Shown here: positions 9,058 to 19,089 of the stretch, piece by piece
How positions within the stretch are numbered: position 1 is the stretch's first letter
How the letters are laid out: each line of letters begins with the position of its first letter
Source: Acidimicrobiia bacterium
GTDB taxonomy: Bacteria > Actinomycetota > Acidimicrobiia > Spongiisociales > Spongiisociaceae
Direction of reading: 5' to 3'
DNA: 64,000 nucleotides
Assembly (NCBI GenBank): GCA_041576165.1
Contig: JBFGLM010000005.1
Location: 32,001-96,000, forward strand
The notes under the pieces: generated by a model
Told to the model about the DNA's origin: nothing
Database searches by the model: none
The model's input: only the letters and a program-made list of their open reading frames with translations
Program-made: the position numbers and the translations under genes

Positions 9058-12000
9058 ACGATTCACGATCACAGGCCCCGGATGGTCGGCCCAGATGGAG
9101 CTTGCTCCGACTCCGGAGCGGTCCGGCGAGGCGGCCCGGCGGGCCGTGCTCGCCACACTCGACGAAGACTCCGTCACCCGGGACCTGACCGTGGTGCACG
9201 CGCACACTGTTGAGGTGTCGATCACTGCGCTGGGCAGGTCCTTCCGCTGGCGCCGCCACCCCGATGCGGCCACCCACCCGGTTGTCCTGGCGTTGACCCG
9301 CGCGTCCGAAAGTGAAGAACACCGCTGCGCGGCGGGCATGGTCGAACTCCATGCGTTGGTCGCGCAACGACAAGCGGAAGAACGCCTGTACCAGGCACTG
9401 GGCATCACCCACCCGGAGTCAGGCAGTCACATCGAGGTCCATGCCGGAGGCATAACGGTAGAGGGTGCCAGGACGCTCCCTTGGGACCAGCCGGAGCAGG
9501 TCGTAGAGGCGGGCTTCCTAGCGGAGGTGGACGGAACTCAGGTGCGCCTGACGCCTGAGATGGAGCGTCTCGATGAGACGGGCCTGAAAGGCTGGCGGGC
9601 GGCGTGGCGCCGGCTCGCGGAACAGCTCAACCCGGGGAATCCTCAAATCGGCGGAGATACCGGCGGACCGAGCTGGCTCAATCTGGAGGTCGTCGAACCC
9701 GGGTCTGTGCCGGAAATGTCATGGCGCCTCAGCAGGGACGGCTCCGAGCGTTTCCATCTTGGGGCGGGCGCCCTCCGTGTCCTGCTCACCGAAGGCTCCC
9801 CCTACGCGTCAGATGGGGCGCGGTCAATCATGGTTCTCCAGCCGATCGACATCTCGATCGAGCGCAACCAGGCGCGGCTTACTGTCTCGGTCTCGGCTGA
9901 TTCACGACCGCAGTCCACAAGCCAGTCTGGAGGCGACACCGCAACGCTGACTGTGCGGGCAGAAGCAGCCGGCTCCGGCTGGGCCGAGACATCCGAGCTG
10001 CAGGCCGATCAGTTGGCGCCCGACCCACTGGGACTCGCCGCTCGTCTCCGGGCGGACCGGTCTATGCCCCCTCCCGAAGCCGGGAATACGAAACCGGATC
10101 CGGAGGCGCTGTGGGCGGCGCTGCCGGTTCGTGATGGGTGGCTCCAGGTTCCGATACCGAACCTCACAGAGCAGTTGCTGGTGGACGCCGGTCAGCAGCC
10201 CGAAGCGGCGCCACGCCGCGAGCTGGTGAGTTCGGGCGCCGTTGTGTTCGGCAACCGGTCGGCTCGGAGCAAAGGGCAGCAGGCGTGGAGCCTGATCGTC
10301 AACGGAACCGAATGCTTCGGCGGAGAATGGGTCGTCGAAAACGGGCGGCTCCGGAGCGCGACCGTGCGCGTCGTTGAGCCGTCGGTCGTGCTCGACGGCA
10401 TGCTGTGGATCGCCACCGAGCCGCCGTCCTCGGGCGACGCTCTGCCGGATTTGAGCAACTGGATCTCGGGCCTCCGCTCCGAGCCGCTCTACGCGGCCGG
10501 CGCCGCCGGGCGCCGCCACCAGTCCTTGATCCAGTTCGAGTCGCATCTGGTGTTCGGCAACCGCGGCGAGGGATCGGCTGAGCTGGCTGGGGCCCGGTTG
10601 ACGAGTGACGTGAACGCGGAGGCGTTGGCAGCGCTGACGGACGCGGACACCGGGGTGCTCTCGCCCGAGTTCCAGCCCGACCACCGGGCCGTCGCCTGGC
10701 TGCGTCACCCGACCCAGCCCATGATCCAGGCCCTCCCGATGACTCAAACTGCCCGCCCGGCCAACACGCCGGCAGCCAGCCGCGCCCTCTTCCCATTTGT
10801 CGCCGCCGACGAATCGGCACCTTGGTCCTTCGAGTTCCGTGGTGGGGCCGGCATGTGGCCCGAGTTGCCTCTCGATCAGCTCCGCCCGGCGCCTGCCTGG
10901 ACTGCCGCGACCGAACTGGCTGGAGTCGTCCTTTCATCCCCCGGACTGGTGCTCGAACCCGACCGGGACGGATCCGGCATGGCGCGCTTCCGCTACGACA
11001 TGCCGGCGCTTGACGAGCGAGCCGCGCTGAGCACCATCAACGAGCAGGCCGCGCCGACGCCGGCTGCGCTGACCCCCAACGACTACGAGAACCACTGGCG
11101 GACGCTGAGCGACCTGGCAGGGCAGGCCGCACTTGAAGGCGTGACCGGCTTCGCCATCGCCGCGCCTCATGGCATTCTCGGTGCAGAACAGATCAACGCT
11201 TCCGAGGCCAAGCTCGAGAATCTGGCCGGGAACACACCGCTCGACATGGACGTGACGGCCGAGTTGTCCTCGTACCCGCCTCGGCTGAGCTTTGCCATCG
11301 CCGACAGGAAGGAACAGTCGGCAGCCGGCGACGGCGTCCTCGCCATCCCGACCGGCGCCATGAACGTGTCGGGCGAGACCCTGGACATCGTGGCGGGATC
11401 GGCATCGCTACGGAGCAATGGAGTTCTGCGCGATCAGACTGGTCTGGGAAGGGCGCCTTCTACCGCCGACGGCGACCTGATCCGGACTTGGGTCCAGCCG
11501 GACGGCGCCGCCGAGGACGGGTTCGACCTCGTCTCAACGCTTCAGCCCATCGACCTCACCGCGGCTCAGGACGATGACACCTGGCACTTGTGGTTCCGCG
11601 ATCTGCCCTGCCAGCTGGCAGCCGACACGGCACGCTTCAGGCGCGACGGGTGTCCTGCCGCTCTGGCCGGCTACGAGTGGCGTCTCAACGCCGGCGCCAC
11701 CATCGCCGGGCTGGACTTCATCCCGCTCCGGCTCGAGTCGCTGGTACTGGACGGCAGCGCCGTCAGCTCCGTCTCCATCCGCGGCCGCCTGCAACTGCCC
11801 CTCCCGGGCGACGGACCGTCCGAGATCGAAGGTATGCCGAATGCCGTGATCGCCGGTTTCTCCGTCCGCGACGGCCGGTTGGCGCTGACCGGCCTCGAGG
11901 CCGCCGAGCCCGACACGACTCTCGTATGGCCGATGCGCCTGGTCGAGGGGGAGGTGGGTGGCGCCCCCATCCTCTGCTGGACCGAACTGGAGCTGAACAC

Positions 12001-15000
12001 GGACGGCACCCTGTCGATCGGACACGCCGGGGCGGGTCCACAGATCGACTTCTTTGCCTTCGACGAGCTGTGGTCCGTGCAACTGTCCAACCCGGTCGTG
12101 TTTCCGATCGGGTCGCCGTCTGAGCCGATCACCCAGGCATTCGACCGGGCTGGTGCCGGCGACGACCAGGCGACTAGCGCTCGGGCAACTGATCTCGAGA
12201 TCGGTCTGCGCTCCGACGGAAGCCACGAAGCCGGCCTGATCATGACGTTTGAGGCGGGTGGCGACATCACGCTCGCCACCCGGGTCGACCTACTGCAAGA
12301 CGATTTGCCGGCAGGCGTGACCGGTCTTTCGATCTTCGGTATCGAATTGCACGTGGAAGGTGTCGAGGCGCAGCTCACCAATTCGTCGCTGCAAGTGTCC
12401 TGGAGCGGCCTGCCGGACGCGGCGGGGTCGGTTGACGTGCTCCCGGGGTTCCCGATCGTTCAGCCCGGCCTGCCCGGCTACCTTGCGATGACCTTTGAGA
12501 CGACCCCACCCGAGGACGGTACAGCCGGCTTTGTCGTCACCCACGCCCTGGCCGAAGCTCTGCTCCACGGAGCCGCGCCGGAGCGACCAGACCCCGCAGT
12601 CCGCCAGCTCTGCTCGGGCCAGATCGTCCTCGGATACCTGGCTCGCATGGAAAAGCGAGACACCGTCTGGGAGCGCAGCGTCGAGATCAGCGGCTGGATC
12701 AACCTGCTCAACCACCACACCCACCCCGTCGTGAACGTGGGCGAGAATGGCCTACTGATGGTTCCCGTGCTCGACGATCCCATCGACCCGACGCTGCACC
12801 GCGCTCGGATCCTGCTGTCGGGCCATCATTTGCCCATCGCGAACGGGGACGAAGCCGGCTTGGCGGTCAATGATTCGCAGGACGGCGACAGGTCTGTGTG
12901 GTCGATTGTCGGGTCGGTGGAGTTGTGGGCGGTCGTCGAACACACCCTCGAGCGGACAATGGGGCAGCGGCGACGGTTCACCGTCTCCCAGCCGGTGCGC
13001 CTGGCCACGCCGTCAATCGTGGCGGACGAGCTCTCGTCGCGCCGGGGACCGGCGACCGAGCTCGGGGCTGGCGGATTTGTGCATCCCGATGCAGCGGACA
13101 CCATCGCCGGAGCGCTCGCAGCCCTGGACCCCGAAACCATGCTCGTGACGCTGGACGCCGCCGCCTGGGTTGACGCCACGCCAATCACCCGCGACGCCCC
13201 GCCGATCACCATTCGCCGTCTGCCCTTGGGCGCCCAAGGGGCGCTGGTCGCGGGCGTCGATGACTACACGCGGGGCAGCGCCGACTGGGTTCTGCTGGAG
13301 CTGCCGTTCATCGGGACGCTGGCGAAGGCGGCCGGGAACCAGCCGTTCACGGCCCACCCGACTGTGCTGGCTGCGTCGACCGCGCCGCAGATCCGGGCGT
13401 TCGCCGCCATCATGATGGGTCATGCGACCGAGCCGCAGGCACCATTTGCGCCCGGTGCCATCGACCGCGGGTCGGGTCGGTCGGCGCTCCGGATCGACGC
13501 GATGGAGCTGGCCGCGAGATTGACCGAAGATGCCACGCGGGTCCTCAGCCGCGCCGGCGTCCCACTGCAGAGTGTGCTGGCTTCGACTGCAGACGGCCCC
13601 GAAGGGCGGGGTAGGGGTGACCGGCTGGCCGCGTCGCTGCCGGCCCCGGTGGACAACTGGCTGTTGCAGTCGGTCATGGCCCACGGACGCGCCGAGTTGC
13701 CGTCCGGGTCAACGACCGAGTTTGATCTCAGCACCGGACCGGATTCCATCAAGCGGAACCTTGGGCGGGAATCTCGAGCCCAGCTGCGGCTCAAAGGTGA
13801 TGACTGGGAGTGGGCACCGGATGGCGGGCTGATGTTCACCGGATCCGGCACAACCGCCCACGTCGACATCACCAACCATCAGCAGGGCCAGTCATTCACG
13901 ATCCTGTCGGTGGTGACCCCGGATGGCGATGGTCGGGCGGCGACAGTTGCGGTTGAGGGTGGTCGTCACTTCAAGGAGCTCATCTCCATTGATGTGGGCC
14001 GCGGTTCGGTGACGGTTGACGTCGGCGGGTCTCGCTTGCAGGGATCCGTACCAGACCACGACGGACCGCTGGTTGTTGCGTTCTCTTCGTCGCCGCGGCG
14101 CTCGCGGGCAGGGGGTCCTCGCTGGGGCACCCTGTACATCGACGGGCGCAAGGTCGATGAAGGACGTCACTCGGGTTTCATGTGGACGGCGGGGGCGCGG
14201 CAACGCCCACGCCGCAAGACGTTCCTCCGGCTGGGGGCGCCGGCGCCGATTGGTTCCATGGTGGGTGTTCATCATCGCATCGCCCTCTTCGACCGGGTCC
14301 TGACCGACGCGGAGCTCGCGACGTACTCGGCGCCGCCCCCGGCGCGCGCGGTTGATTCGACCCTGGCGCTCGCCACCCGGATCGGGTCAGAACTGTTTGA
14401 TCGGACGGAATCCGATGTCTCCACCCATCCAGCCGTGGCGGTTGTCGCCCTCGGCTCCGAGCCGAAGATGATCGTCGGCCCCTACCTGGCGCTGGATCTT
14501 CAGACACTGGAGCAGGAAGGCACGATCGTGGAGGCAGAGTCGGTCGAGCTGATCGCGGTTGGGCAGGGCCGCCGGTTGCGGCCGGTGGCCAGCCGGTTGG
14601 TCGACGGTGTAGCCGACGCGGCCGACGTAGGCCGTTGGGCCGCAGCCGTGCTGGAACGCCATGCCCACCTGTCGCCGGTGGCCGTGATCCGCCGGCGCCA
14701 GGTGTTGACCAACCCGGCCGGCGATGTGATGGTCGGCTACGAGTTCATGACGGTGGAACCGGTCCGGACCGTCACCCGGATCGGCTGGCGCGGCCATTCA
14801 CTCCGGGCCGACCCCGCCGATCTGCAGTTCCGGGAACCGCATTTCGGGGGCCACGACATGCCGGATACCGCCCGACCCCAGGACCTGGCCCCGCCGCTCG
14901 TGACGGGGGTCCAGCCGGTGCGGAGCGAGGAGTTGGGCTGGAGCGGGCTGCGGCTGACGACCCGCCACGCCGATGCCGCCGCCCCGACTCCGAGTGGCAT

Positions 15001-16576
15001 CGGTGACGGGTGGGAAGACGCTCGCTGGCACGCGCTGCAGCACCGTGTGCGCTTCCGGACCCAGGCCAATGCGGCGCCATCTCATTTCACAGCACCGCCT
15101 CGCCGGGCGGAGGCCGCCACCGCGACCGCGCCGCCGCTGCCGGCCTCTTTGCCCGCGATGGACGATGAAACCGAGTCCGGCGCGCCGTGGCAACCGATCG
15201 TTCCCGACGCCGTGCGCCATCTCCTGGCGGGCAACCGGCCGGGAGCCCGGATAGAGCTGCGCAGTCAGCTGCTGCGAACGGCGGGCGGCTCGGCCGCTGA
15301 TGCCGGTCTGGCGCCGGCCCTTCCCAGCGGCAGCGTGCCGGTGACCCACCGGATGCCCCGACCGCTGCCGCTGCCGGCCGCACACCGGGTGGTATCGGGA
15401 GCCGCCGACGGGCTTCCGGTGGGGGTGTCATCCAGCCCGGTCGATACTGCCCACTTTGATCTGGGTGACGGCCGGTTTGCCATGTACCGCCTCGACGTGA
15501 GCCACCCCGTGAACGGTACGATCGACATCGAGGCGTGGGACGGGCTGCGGATGACGGCCCTGGTCGAGGGGGACCAAGAGATTCCGACGCTGCCCGCCCG
15601 GATAGTCCTCACCGATGGCGCCGACCGGGTGGAGCTGACCGCGTCCACAGGCGTAGGCGGGAGATTGAGCCCCGGAACCGTTGCGGAGCTGCGGGTACGG
15701 GATAAGGACAACAGCGACGGCGCTGCGCTGGAACTGCTCCGCCGCGTCGCGCCCGGCTCCCTGGTGCGGCTCGAGATCGCCTACCGGATTCCCGGAGGCG
15801 ACCACCCGGAGCGCCGGCTCGTATTCCCGCTGAGGGTGGCTGCCGACCGCCACCTGCCCTTGGTCATGCAACCCGAATACGTACGGTTTGAGGACCCAGA
15901 CTACAACCAGGCCCTGGCGACTGAGGCCATGACCGCCTCGGGGAAGCGGTCGGGAGATGTCGAATTCTCGGTTTTCGCGGACCGTTCCACCTACGGGCCG
16001 GGCTCGCCGCTGGTGATCGGTGTGGCGGCGGGCCCATCCGACCGAACCGTCGAGCTTCCGCCGGTGCGGCTTGCGCGCATCACGCCCGACGGGTCGGAAT
16101 CGGAGCTGCTGTCCTACCACGTACAGCCGTCGCAACCTGGGAGCAACCGCCACCTCGAGCTGCTCTCCATGGCCGAGCTGGCCGAGCAGGGAAAGTTCAG
16201 CTGGGGCGAGGGAGACCGGATAGCAGTCTCGATCGGGGAAGCCACAGCGTCCATCGCGACGCTCAGCCTGGCGGTGACCGAACGTGACCCGAACCCGGCT
16301 CCCACTTCCGCCTACGGCTTGTTGCGAACCCGGGGAGATTCGGGCGAAGTCGTGTGTGTCCGTTACGCGGTCGGGCCCCGTCCGGCCCAGGTCGAACTGG
16401 TTGCTCCAGGCGACGTCTTCACCGGCATCGTGCGGAGGCGGGCGGTTTTCGTGTGGCAGGACACGGTGCGGGCGGACCAGCCCGATGTGCGGTACTACGT
16501 GCAGAAGATCACCGCCGGTGGGTCGACGCACGTTCCGGAACTGGATGAGTTCTTCGGTGAGATGTTGATTGCGTGA
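9050..16576 (+). CDS. Giant hypothetical protein (~2508 aa) containing a LamG/concanavalin A-like module
   Basis: 7.5-kb ORF; ATG at 9050 after GGAGGAG, overlapping the upstream stop by 8 nt; FTILSVV..TLYIDG..LRLG..IALFDRVLTDAEL. Confidence 0.93.
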   Translation: MAERFTITGPGWSAQMELAPTPERSGEAARRAVLATLDEDSVTRDLTVVHAHTVEVSITALGRSFRWRRHPDAATHPVVLALTRASESEEHRCAAGMVELHALVAQRQAEERLYQALGITHPESGSHIEVHAGGITVEGARTLPWDQPEQVVEAGFLAEVDGTQVRLTPEMERLDETGLKGWRAAWRRLAEQLNPGNPQIGGDTGGPSWLNLEVVEPGSVPEMSWRLSRDGSERFHLGAGALRVLLTEGSPYASDGARSIMVLQPIDISIERNQARLTVSVSADSRPQSTSQSGGDTATLTVRAEAAGSGWAETSELQADQLAPDPLGLAARLRADRSMPPPEAGNTKPDPEALWAALPVRDGWLQVPIPNLTEQLLVDAGQQPEAAPRRELVSSGAVVFGNRSARSKGQQAWSLIVNGTECFGGEWVVENGRLRSATVRVVEPSVVLDGMLWIATEPPSSGDALPDLSNWISGLRSEPLYAAGAAGRRHQSLIQFESHLVFGNRGEGSAELAGARLTSDVNAEALAALTDADTGVLSPEFQPDHRAVAWLRHPTQPMIQALPMTQTARPANTPAASRALFPFVAADESAPWSFEFRGGAGMWPELPLDQLRPAPAWTAATELAGVVLSSPGLVLEPDRDGSGMARFRYDMPALDERAALSTINEQAAPTPAALTPNDYENHWRTLSDLAGQAALEGVTGFAIAAPHGILGAEQINASEAKLENLAGNTPLDMDVTAELSSYPPRLSFAIADRKEQSAAGDGVLAIPTGAMNVSGETLDIVAGSASLRSNGVLRDQTGLGRAPSTADGDLIRTWVQPDGAAEDGFDLVSTLQPIDLTAAQDDDTWHLWFRDLPCQLAADTARFRRDGCPAALAGYEWRLNAGATIAGLDFIPLRLESLVLDGSAVSSVSIRGRLQLPLPGDGPSEIEGMPNAVIAGFSVRDGRLALTGLEAAEPDTTLVWPMRLVEGEVGGAPILCWTELELNTDGTLSIGHAGAGPQIDFFAFDELWSVQLSNPVVFPIGSPSEPITQAFDRAGAGDDQATSARATDLEIGLRSDGSHEAGLIMTFEAGGDITLATRVDLLQDDLPAGVTGLSIFGIELHVEGVEAQLTNSSLQVSWSGLPDAAGSVDVLPGFPIVQPGLPGYLAMTFETTPPEDGTAGFVVTHALAEALLHGAAPERPDPAVRQLCSGQIVLGYLARMEKRDTVWERSVEISGWINLLNHHTHPVVNVGENGLLMVPVLDDPIDPTLHRARILLSGHHLPIANGDEAGLAVNDSQDGDRSVWSIVGSVELWAVVEHTLERTMGQRRRFTVSQPVRLATPSIVADELSSRRGPATELGAGGFVHPDAADTIAGALAALDPETMLVTLDAAAWVDATPITRDAPPITIRRLPLGAQGALVAGVDDYTRGSADWVLLELPFIGTLAKAAGNQPFTAHPTVLAASTAPQIRAFAAIMMGHATEPQAPFAPGAIDRGSGRSALRIDAMELAARLTEDATRVLSRAGVPLQSVLASTADGPEGRGRGDRLAASLPAPVDNWLLQSVMAHGRAELPSGSTTEFDLSTGPDSIKRNLGRESRAQLRLKGDDWEWAPDGGLMFTGSGTTAHVDITNHQQGQSFTILSVVTPDGDGRAATVAVEGGRHFKELISIDVGRGSVTVDVGGSRLQGSVPDHDGPLVVAFSSSPRRSRAGGPRWGTLYIDGRKVDEGRHSGFMWTAGARQRPRRKTFLRLGAPAPIGSMVGVHHRIALFDRVLTDAELATYSAPPPARAVDSTLALATRIGSELFDRTESDVSTHPAVAVVALGSEPKMIVGPYLALDLQTLEQEGTIVEAESVELIAVGQGRRLRPVASRLVDGVADAADVGRWAAAVLERHAHLSPVAVIRRRQVLTNPAGDVMVGYEFMTVEPVRTVTRIGWRGHSLRADPADLQFREPHFGGHDMPDTARPQDLAPPLVTGVQPVRSEELGWSGLRLTTRHADAAAPTPSGIGDGWEDARWHALQHRVRFRTQANAAPSHFTAPPRRAEAATATAPPLPASLPAMDDETESGAPWQPIVPDAVRHLLAGNRPGARIELRSQLLRTAGGSAADAGLAPALPSGSVPVTHRMPRPLPLPAAHRVVSGAADGLPVGVSSSPVDTAHFDLGDGRFAMYRLDVSHPVNGTIDIEAWDGLRMTALVEGDQEIPTLPARIVLTDGADRVELTASTGVGGRLSPGTVAELRVRDKDNSDGAALELLRRVAPGSLVRLEIAYRIPGGDHPERRLVFPLRVAADRHLPLVMQPEYVRFEDPDYNQALATEAMTASGKRSGDVEFSVFADRSTYGPGSPLVIGVAAGPSDRTVELPPVRLARITPDGSESELLSYHVQPSQPGSNRHLELLSMAELAEQGKFSWGEGDRIAVSIGEATASIATLSLAVTERDPNPAPTSAYGLLRTRGDSGEVVCVRYAVGPRPAQVELVAPGDVFTGIVRRRAVFVWQDTVRADQPDVRYYVQKITAGGSTHVPELDEFFGEMLIA

Positions 16577-16754
16577 CGCCGGGCGGGGCCTGGGGTCGAG
16601 CGGAGGTCACACGGCGAATGTCTGCCGAGGGCGCCTAGGCGGTCTCAACGCCGGCGGATGCCCCATAGATACCAGCGCCCCGAAGAAGGCATTGAAGCCG
16701 TACATGATCTCCTCGACGTCGATGGGCGGGCCGAGGCATTCCCTCCGGTGCTGC

Positions 16755-16952
16755 TTAGGCATCATCGACCGGCGCCTCATCGTCTGCTACCACGACCGGT
16801 TCCTCGTCGGTCTCAACGACCGTGGCCTCGGCGGAGGCCGCGTCCGCATCGGCGACGCTGTCGACGCCCAGCGCCGCCGCCCCGTCGGTGGCGGCAGACA
16901 CCGGAGAGATCTGCTGCTCCTTGAGCTGGTAGATGATCTCTTTGAGTTCGGC
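16755..16952 (-). pseudogene. Start-less 3' gene remnant with acidic tail
   Basis: Frame AELKEIIYQLKEQQISPVSAATDG...DDEAPVDDA* with GC3-rich codons, immediately preceded by in-frame TGA. Confidence 0.4.
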
Positions 16953-17052
16953 TCATAGCCGGTGCAATGCGCCTTTGAAGTCGTAATGGGACTCCCGCAG
17001 GTCCCCGGCGTTGCTTTCACAGGTGGTGTGAACCGCCTGGCGGGCGGGCCGA

Positions 17053-17487
17053 CTACCAGTACCGGTATCTGGTGGGGTTGATCTGGATGGCAACCGGATA
17101 GCGGTCGGCGAACCATTCAGGTGTCCAGCCGTAGGCGTCCATCACCGGCCGGTACTTGGCGAGGTAGTCAGCGTTCTCGGCCGCCGACTCCACTTCATGA
17201 TCGATGCGGGCCGTACCTTCGACGATGACTATGTCGCCTCCGAGCCCATCGCCGTCCAGGTTGAGGGAGACCCGAGGGTTTCCAACGATGTTGCGCACGC
17301 GCGCCGAGTCCAGGCTGTACACCAGGAAGCTCTTCTCATCCCAGAGGAACCACACGGGTGACGTCTGCGGGGTGCCGTCTGCGGCGACGGTCGTCATCCA
17401 GGCCACACGGTTGCCGGTGAGTCGCTCGTGGGCGCGGGCGCCCTTCTCGCTGCCGGCATCAATCCGAGCGGTGTCTTCGCTGCTCAT
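17053..17487 (-). CDS. PPOX-class putative F420-dependent oxidoreductase (Rv3369-like)
   Basis: VAWMTTVAADGTPQTSPVWFLWD, RVRNIVGNPRVSLNLDGDGLGGDIVIVEG. Confidence 0.88.
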   Translation of the reverse strand: MSSEDTARIDAGSEKGARAHERLTGNRVAWMTTVAADGTPQTSPVWFLWDEKSFLVYSLDSARVRNIVGNPRVSLNLDGDGLGGDIVIVEGTARIDHEVESAAENADYLAKYRPVMDAYGWTPEWFADRYPVAIQINPTRYRYW

Positions 17488-17505
17488 CGACTCTCCTGTA
17501 GCGAC

Positions 17506-18648
17506 TCAGATTCCGAGCTGGCGAGCGGCCAGGTCTCGCATGATCTCCTCCGAGCCGCCGCCGATGGCGTTGACCCGGACCTCACGGTAGATGCGCTCGA
17601 CCGGGTTGCCGCGCATATACGACGCCCCACCCAAGATCTGGGCCGCTTCGCGGGCGCAGAACTCGAGGGTGAGGCTGGCCTGGACCTTGCACTCGGCCAG
17701 CTGGGCGACCGGTCGTTCGCCCTCCGAGACCTGCCAGGCCAGTTGATCCAGCCAGGCCCGGGTTGCGTTGATGGTGCGATCCATCTCCACCAGCTTGTGC
17801 CGGATCACCTGATGATCGGCCAGGCGAGCCCCGAAGGTTCGTCGCTCGCCGGCCCACGCCAGCGCCTGGTCGTAACAGACGCGAGCTCCGCCGACCATGC
17901 CGGCGATCATGAACAGCCGCTCCGTGTTGAAGTTCTCCATGATCAGGCGGAACCCGGCGTCCTCCTCGCCGAGCAGGTACTCGGCCGGGACCCGGCAGTC
18001 GTCGAAATACAGCGTGGCGGTGTCGGAGGCCCACCATCCCATCTTCGCGAGCGGGGTGGCGGAGAAACCGGGCGTCGACGTCGGCACAACCAGGAGCGAT
18101 ACCCCCGCCGCGCCGTCACCGCCGGTGCGAACGGCGGTCGTGACGTAGTCGGCACGCATCCCGGATGTGATGAAGGTCTTGGACCCGTTCACGACATAGT
18201 CGTCTCCGTCCCGACGGGCGGTGGTCTGCAGGTTGGCCACGTCCGAGCCTCCGCCGGGTTCGGTGATCCCGAGGGCGCAGATGAGATCCCCGGTCATCAC
18301 GCCGGGCAGGATCTCGGCTTTCACCTTTTCGGAACCACCTCGCTGAATCGGTGGGGCGCCGATGTAGTTCGAGAAGAGCGACGCACCGACTCCGCCCGCC
18401 CCGCAGCGGGCGATCTCCTCTGAGAGGATCACCAGCAGCAGAGCGTCGTCGGTTCCCATCCCGCCATACTCTTCGTCGAATCCGATACCGAACCCACCGA
18501 GCACGCCAACCTTCTTGTACAGCTCGCGAGGGAATTCGCCTGCTTCGTCCCACTCGTTGACATGGGGAGTGATCTCGGCTTCGACGAACGAGCGGATCGT
18601 GCTCCGGAAGAGTTCGTGCTCCTCGGTGTAGAACGGTCGCGTGACCAT
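17506..18648 (-). CDS. Acyl-CoA dehydrogenase
   Basis: ALGITEPGGGSDVA, VNGSKTFITSG, KMGWWASDTATLYF, IGGGSEEIM; start MVTRPF after GAGGAGG. Confidence 0.95.
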   Translation of the reverse strand: MVTRPFYTEEHELFRSTIRSFVEAEITPHVNEWDEAGEFPRELYKKVGVLGGFGIGFDEEYGGMGTDDALLLVILSEEIARCGAGGVGASLFSNYIGAPPIQRGGSEKVKAEILPGVMTGDLICALGITEPGGGSDVANLQTTARRDGDDYVVNGSKTFITSGMRADYVTTAVRTGGDGAAGVSLLVVPTSTPGFSATPLAKMGWWASDTATLYFDDCRVPAEYLLGEEDAGFRLIMENFNTERLFMIAGMVGGARVCYDQALAWAGERRTFGARLADHQVIRHKLVEMDRTINATRAWLDQLAWQVSEGERPVAQLAECKVQASLTLEFCAREAAQILGGASYMRGNPVERIYREVRVNAIGGGSEEIMRDLAARQLGI

Positions 18649-19021
18649 CGCCTCCTCGATCCGTTGATCGCCTCCGAACGTCGTCCGATCCCGATTGTCG
18701 GGAGCGGCGGCAGCCGAACCCGAGCTGCCTACCGCATGCCTTACGCCACCGGATCGACACAGGTACGACATCGGGGCCGTCCGGTTGGCAGGTTAGCGAC
18801 AGGGTCGAATCCGGCCACGCCACCAGCGCGGTCATCGACAAGTCGGCGATCTTCCTCCATGCACACACCGACGAGCAGCTGGGCATGTGGACGGCAACAG
18901 CTGGAGCCCTGAAGCTCGACCACCTGAATCCACAGACCCAGGTGTTCACAACCGACTGACGAAGCGTCATGAGGAATCGGATTGCGGGTTTCCTTGACGG
19001 GAGAGACGGGCAAGACTAAGC

Positions 19022-19043
19022 GCCGGGAGGTAGTGCTCCCGGC
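19022..19043 (-). terminator. Possible terminator hairpin downstream of the flavodoxin-family gene
   Basis: Perfect 8-bp stem GCCGGGAG/CTCCCGGC with 6-nt loop; weak U tract. Confidence 0.35.
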
Positions 19044-19089
19044 CCGATCGCTGCCGCCGACCTTTCCCGGCGGCTCTGACGTCCGCTCC

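Noticed and set aside
322-16576. NRPS/PKS, RHS toxin, RTX adhesin or tape-measure identity for the giant ORFs
   Set aside because: No adenylation/KS/ACP motifs, YD repeats, GGXGXD repeats or long helical periodicity; no phage genes nearby
18800-18960. Protein-like frame VESGHATSAVIDKSAIFLHAHTDEQLGMW on the + strand
   Set aside because: No start codon or recognisable family; too short to call
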